From: a virus
Taxonomy: Duplodnaviria; Heunggongvirae; Uroviricota; Caudoviricetes
Reading direction: 5' to 3' (one strand)
Virus record (IMG/VR): IMGVR_UViG_3300032257_000002
Coordinates: 64,001 to 103,505 of that record
DNA: 39,505 nucleotides
Shown one piece after another: positions 35,717 to 39,505 of the stretch; position 1 is the stretch's first letter; the number at the start of each line of letters is the position of its first letter. The translations under genes were made by a program, and so were the position numbers. A model generated the notes under the pieces. That model worked only from the letters and a program-made list of their open reading frames with translations, had not been told where the DNA came from and did no database searches.

Positions 35717-35992
35717 TTAGATTAGTAATTCTGGATAGCGGTTAAATAGTTGTTTTGCGGATGAGATATCAGTACCATCAATAGATAAGATTACAGGATG
35801 TTTATGAAACTCGTCGTGTAAGCAACCGTAGGTAATACACATTGCACGAGATGGCTGTTCAGAGGTATTCCAAGCGCTCTCAAAATAGCAACAAAATGCT
35901 TCATGCATATTATCGCCTGCTGTTATAGCGGCCATACCATTGTCGTTGAAAATAAGAAAATAGTGATGGTACCATTTAACTAGATGTAACAT
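35717..35992 (-). CDS. Hypothetical protein, tag YPELLI
   Basis: AAGGA RBS, terminal tag. Confidence 0.8.
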   Translation of the reverse strand: MLHLVKWYHHYFLIFNDNGMAAITAGDNMHEAFCCYFESAWNTSEQPSRAMCITYGCLHDEFHKHPVILSIDGTDISSAKQLFNRYPELLI

Positions 35993-36647
35993 TTGTTTCC
36001 TTTAAATAGCGTTGTATAGAATTCCATAGCCAATAAGTAGCGCAGGCATCGGTAGTTGAATATAATAGCATCTGAGGATCGTACATCTGTTCTATAGTAA
36101 AATTATCAGCAGAGATTCCCCAAGCACCATACTTGTGTCCAGCGAGCTGCTTCAAGCCGGTTTTAGCCTGTGTGATATCAGCATGGTTAAGTATAGTCTT
36201 TGCAAGTATCTGAGTGTCTTCATAAAGTAGTGGAAACTTGCCAGTATGAAATTGTAAATGTTTGAAGTCAAAGCTTGCGTTATGCCAGACTTGACGGACA
36301 GGAGTAGTGGTTAAGAAGTTGAGAATACGTTTAGTAATTTTAGGGTTATCTAGTATAAATACATAGCCTTCATGATCATTTAGAGCTATGCTGCAGTGAG
36401 TTAGCTGTGTATGGGATGGATGATCAAGGGCTGTTGCTTTAAGGCGAGATTCAAGGGTAATACGTTCTTTACGCGGTAGGTCAGTTTCGAGTAGCTCTTT
36501 GTAGTGAGTTAGGTCGTCGGTAGTATACTTAACAGCGACCTCAAAGTCAGCAGCGAAGAGATCGGTTTTTGAAATCTCGTGAAGAAATCGGTTAGCTTCT
36601 AAAACTTTGTTTGTAGATTTGTAAGTTACAGAGATAGGTCGTTCCAA
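35976..36647 (-). CDS. Stand-alone PolA-type 3-5 proofreading exonuclease
   Basis: ExoI FAADFE, ExoII WHNASFD, ExoIII YSTTD; TTG start with GGAG RBS. Confidence 0.88.
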   Translation of the reverse strand: MERPISVTYKSTNKVLEANRFLHEISKTDLFAADFEVAVKYTTDDLTHYKELLETDLPRKERITLESRLKATALDHPSHTQLTHCSIALNDHEGYVFILDNPKITKRILNFLTTTPVRQVWHNASFDFKHLQFHTGKFPLLYEDTQILAKTILNHADITQAKTGLKQLAGHKYGAWGISADNFTIEQMYDPQMLLYSTTDACATYWLWNSIQRYLKETNVTSS

Positions 36648-36683
36648 AGTATGCTCCTAGATGTATTCTTCAGGGTATTTTTT

Positions 36684-37022
36684 TCAATGGCGTTTTTTGA
36701 CATAAGTTTCAAACTTATGTACGATAAACCTCATTGGAGTAAAAGACCATTTTAATTTAGTGAAAAAATCGTTAATTATTGTCATTACCCAAATTAGTAA
36801 AAATAGAGGGTAGGAAATTGGCCAAAGTAGTATAATAATAAAAGCGATAAGCCAATCAGGATATTTAATAACTATTGCCTTTAGAAACTCTTCAGTAAAA
36901 TCATAATTTTTAGGGTTGTTAATAAATTTTTTAATTTTTATTGATATATCGTAACAAAGTAAAATTGAAGGCATACTAATTGCACCTAATGTATACCAAA
37001 TTACAGGTAAGTATAATTCCAT
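36684..37022 (-). CDS. Membrane protein; in-frame KKYPEEYI* lies behind its TGA stop (to 36657)
   Basis: Two hydrophobic segments; codons after the TGA read AAA AAA TAC CCT GAA GAA TAC ATC TAG. Confidence 0.8.
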   Translation of the reverse strand: MELYLPVIWYTLGAISMPSILLCYDISIKIKKFINNPKNYDFTEEFLKAIVIKYPDWLIAFIIILLWPISYPLFLLIWVMTIINDFFTKLKWSFTPMRFIVHKFETYVKKRH

Positions 37023-37030
37023 AAAGACTC

Positions 37031-37453
37031 CTAAAGAAATAGTTCAGGAAAGTTTTCTATACAGTAAGCTTTCGCAATTTTTAAATTTGTTGAATGTTGA
37101 ATCTTATGGTTAGTCCATGTAGCCTTATGCAGTGTCGATGAGTATGTTAATTTAGAAGGTGTATTACAAATATTACAATCGTAATCTGAAAAGTTCTTAG
37201 CATCCTTACGTATATGTTTACCTTTCAAAGCTTTAAAACATGAATGGCAAACAGTAAAAGTTTTTGAACAACTGAGGTTCGCTTGTGTAAAATCTTTTCG
37301 CAATGCCTGGATATCCGTACGTGTAAATGTCATTTCTTCTAATATGTCGTCCGGTATAGCATGTAAATTAGATAAAGCTTCTGTAGTTTGTCTAATTTTA
37401 CGGTAGCGTGTACCTGCGAGTTGACGCTTGCTGAGTGGTGTATACGAAAACAT
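37031..37453 (-). CDS. Zn-ribbon hypothetical protein, tag FPELFL
   Basis: CHSC and CNIC pairs. Confidence 0.8.
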   Translation of the reverse strand: MFSYTPLSKRQLAGTRYRKIRQTTEALSNLHAIPDDILEEMTFTRTDIQALRKDFTQANLSCSKTFTVCHSCFKALKGKHIRKDAKNFSDYDCNICNTPSKLTYSSTLHKATWTNHKIQHSTNLKIAKAYCIENFPELFL

Positions 37454-37461
37454 AAGAATCC

Positions 37462-37734
37462 TTATATAAAGAGTTCAGGATACTGTTCTTGAAAAGTATC
37501 AGGATCGATAGGTAGTGTACTACGATAGATGCAGTGAAAAGTTTTACTGAGACATGTATTAATAAATTCGTCTAAAGTCATATTAACTTCCTCTGTACTA
37601 CTTAAATCAAGAGGTGTATTAATTGCTGACATAATATTACTCTTCCATTCGGACCAATCTGTTCTATATTTATCGTAAAAACCGTACCAACAACGTCCAG
37701 TAGATATATCCTGCATAAGTACGTACTCAATCAT
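37462..37734 (-). CDS. Hypothetical protein, tag YPELFI
   Basis: AAGG RBS, terminal tag. Confidence 0.8.
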   Translation of the reverse strand: MIEYVLMQDISTGRCWYGFYDKYRTDWSEWKSNIMSAINTPLDLSSTEEVNMTLDEFINTCLSKTFHCIYRSTLPIDPDTFQEQYPELFI

Positions 37735-37742
37735 TTGCAGCC

Positions 37743-37973
37743 TTATATGAAGTATTCTGGATATTTATTACGGGCTTGAGTTTCTGTTAAAAGATTTTTA
37801 ACGAATGTTCGACGACGTGTAGTGTTTGCAAGTCTGAAGGTGTATATACATTTAGTATCAGAAAATACTACTTTATTTTCATTAAGTTTAGGTAAATAAA
37901 GAAGTGTCTTCCAGTCTGTATCATAATAATACGGTGCGTAGAAAAGATGGTTCTGTAAATCATGATTTTTCAT
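37743..37973 (-). CDS. Hypothetical protein, tag YPEYFI
   Basis: ATGA-coupled, terminal tag. Confidence 0.8.
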   Translation of the reverse strand: MKNHDLQNHLFYAPYYYDTDWKTLLYLPKLNENKVVFSDTKCIYTFRLANTTRRRTFVKNLLTETQARNKYPEYFI

Positions 37974-38212
37974 ATAAGAAACTCCGGATATTGATTTTCA
38001 AAGGATTGTTGATCAAATGTTTTTAAAAATTCTTCGTAAGGTTGATAACCACTATGCAATATACAATTTCCATCTTTAGAAATAATGCAATTATTACAAG
38101 AGTCGATACCGAATATTCTACATGTGGTACCGCTGGCTCTTAAGTTATTAAGTGTAGAGTACGACTGTTTAAAAATATCCCAAAAATCAGGATGAAGTTC
38201 TGCGATGTTCAC
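37970..38212 (-). CDS. Four-Cys hypothetical protein, tag YPEFLI
   Basis: CRIFGIDSCNNCIISKDGNC. Confidence 0.8.
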   Translation of the reverse strand: MNIAELHPDFWDIFKQSYSTLNNLRASGTTCRIFGIDSCNNCIISKDGNCILHSGYQPYEEFLKTFDQQSFENQYPEFLI

Positions 38213-38220
38213 GATAAACC

Positions 38221-38457
38221 TTATATAAGTAATTCCGGATACTCGTCAAATATACCATCATCTTTGCAAAGTGATAGTGCGTATTCTTGACATGACATAT
38301 GTAAGTCATAACTAGCGGATAAAGGACAATCTTCACACATCATATCCTTACAGTATCCTTCATTAACTGCGTATGAAAATGTAAATGTTTTTGGCTCAGG
38401 AGTAGGGTTAAAACTCCATATAATAGGATAATCGCCTATAGTATGCTTGATTGTCAT
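38221..38457 (-). CDS. Four-Cys hypothetical protein, tag YPELLI
   Basis: CKDMMCEDCPLS...C. Confidence 0.8.
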   Translation of the reverse strand: MTIKHTIGDYPIIWSFNPTPEPKTFTFSYAVNEGYCKDMMCEDCPLSASYDLHMSCQEYALSLCKDDGIFDEYPELLI

Positions 38458-38465
38458 AGTGGTCC

Positions 38466-38684
38466 TTAAATCATGTATTCTGGAAAGTCATCTGGATGAC
38501 CTAGAAGTACGGTATCGTTATTCTTGATGTGTTGCTCAAAAACGCTACCTGGCCAATCGTAGTCTGTATAACGAAGTAAAAAAGTATATGTTGAAGATGT
38601 AGTACGTGTTGCATCGTAAGTACCTATAAAAATGTTACCAGTGTTTAACACTAGTTTATACAGGTACCCATCCCTCATTTCCAC
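38466..38684 (-). CDS. Hypothetical protein, tag FPEYMI
   Basis: Overlaps the AAA ATPase stop; terminal tag. Confidence 0.78.
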   Translation of the reverse strand: MEMRDGYLYKLVLNTGNIFIGTYDATRTTSSTYTFLLRYTDYDWPGSVFEQHIKNNDTVLLGHPDDFPEYMI

Positions 38685-39505
38685 TACTTTGTTTTAGTAG
38701 TGATTTTTAGGAACAGACCTTTGCTACCTGTAATATCTTCATCGAATTGAGCGATCTTCATGTAGTCTTTGTGGTCCTCTTCTTTGTGAGCTTTCAAGAA
38801 TGAGTTCAGGATTTCGATTTCCAAAGAATGGAAGAATGCAATTGCCGGCATAGCATCTGCAGCTTTGTCATTTGCTTTGATGTATTTCTCAAAGAAAGTT
38901 TCTGTAAGCTGGCGCTTCTGAATAGCTTCTTGTTTACTGGTTAGTTTTGCGATTTTCTTAACGATGGTTTCGATCTTCTGTGTTTTGTTCTTCTCGATAA
39001 CAGCTTCTACGTCTTCAAGTTTGACGACTTTAGCGTAGTTGTTGTAGAACGATAAGAATTGACCAGCTAGCTCAGAACCAAGTTTACCCTTCATAATAGG
39101 GAAATGAACTTCTTTCGGAGTCTTGTTCATATTGTCTACAAAGGCACCTAGTTTAGCCCATGATCTAGGGGTAGCTCCTACGTCACCGTTTTCCGGCATC
39201 CAGTGTAGGCGATCAGGGTGTTCAGCGATAAAGTCTAGTACGACAGAGTTTACTTTACTGCTGCGTCCCCAGGCTAGCCATGAAGCAGTATCAGCTTCTA
39301 GTTCTGCGTGGATAAAACGGTCGATCAGAGCAGGGTCCATTTCGTCAACCTGATAGTCATCAGCTGGATTGATAGCTGCAACGATTGTAGTAGCACGACC
39401 GTCGATATATGGAAGTTTGTGGGAGTGAAGTTCTTTGTTCAGTACAAGTTGTAGTGTAGCTTGACGTACATCGAGTGTAGAACGATTGAGTTCATCCAGG
39501 AATAG
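38684..39505 (-). CDS. MoxR-like AAA+ ATPase, partial (runs off the right edge)
   Basis: Frame open from 39505: LFLDELNRS (Walker B), AAINP (sensor 1), DPALIDRF (Arg finger), TPRSW. Confidence 0.88.
   Translation of the reverse strand, partial: LFLDELNRSTLDVRQATLQLVLNKELHSHKLPYIDGRATTIVAAINPADDYQVDEMDPALIDRFIHAELEADTASWLAWGRSSKVNSVVLDFIAEHPDRLHWMPENGDVGATPRSWAKLGAFVDNMNKTPKEVHFPIMKGKLGSELAGQFLSFYNNYAKVVKLEDVEAVIEKNKTQKIETIVKKIAKLTSKQEAIQKRQLTETFFEKYIKANDKAADAMPAIAFFHSLEIEILNSFLKAHKEEDHKDYMKIAQFDEDITGSKGLFLKITTKTK

Larger units (their letters stand above)
10803..38684 (-). repeat. Dispersed C-terminal peptide motif [YFH]PE[LYVF]xI-stop on 38 ORFs
   Basis: Read directly from the ORF translations; P-E invariant; third codon positions vary freely. 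Confidence 0.97.

Noticed and set aside
36657-36686. Genome-wide TGA or TAG recoding
   Set aside because: Many genes end with TGA, TAG or TAA right after the tag, and long ORFs are intact in the standard code
10803-38684. Tag as a DNA repeat, CRISPR repeat or integron attC site
   Set aside because: Variation falls on synonymous positions, there is no palindrome or constant spacer length, and the units are whole genes

Overview
AT-rich segment of a lytic dsDNA phage genome. The gene set (gp43-like primase, Sak4-like AAA ATPase, SSB, rIIA, SF1 helicase, PolA, dCMP deaminase, MoxR-like AAA ATPase, and an opposite-strand protein resembling the N4 virion-RNAP C-terminal region) suggests an N4-like or related phage; this is inferred from recalled family motifs, not a database search. 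Bases 1-3047 (+) hold large, almost Cys-free virion-type ORFs. Everything from 3044 on is on the minus strand: a nucleotide-metabolism module (MazG-like, dCMP deaminase, PIN-PhoH, ClpP-like protease, DUF3310, class I RNR, RusA-like, HU) and then a replication region. Main observations: (1) 38 small ORFs of unrelated folds all end in one hexapeptide, [YFH]-P-E-[LYVF]-x-I-stop (YPELFI). It is conserved as peptide, not DNA, and no recognisable core enzyme has it; a 39th copy lies in frame just behind a stop codon. (2) A family of three free-standing endonuclease genes sits inside the 5-prime end of core genes; in two cases the old N-terminus is stranded upstream and a diverged replacement N-terminus is encoded in the endonuclease 3-prime end. 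(3) All six endonuclease genes are preceded by the same TTAA(G/C)-N11-TATAAT-like promoter. (4) Two group I introns interrupt the ClpP-like and metallophosphoesterase genes, and splicing restores the reading frame in both. (5) PolA is split into exonuclease and polymerase genes about 20.5 kb apart. No tRNA, rRNA or CRISPR array was seen. All counts were made by hand.
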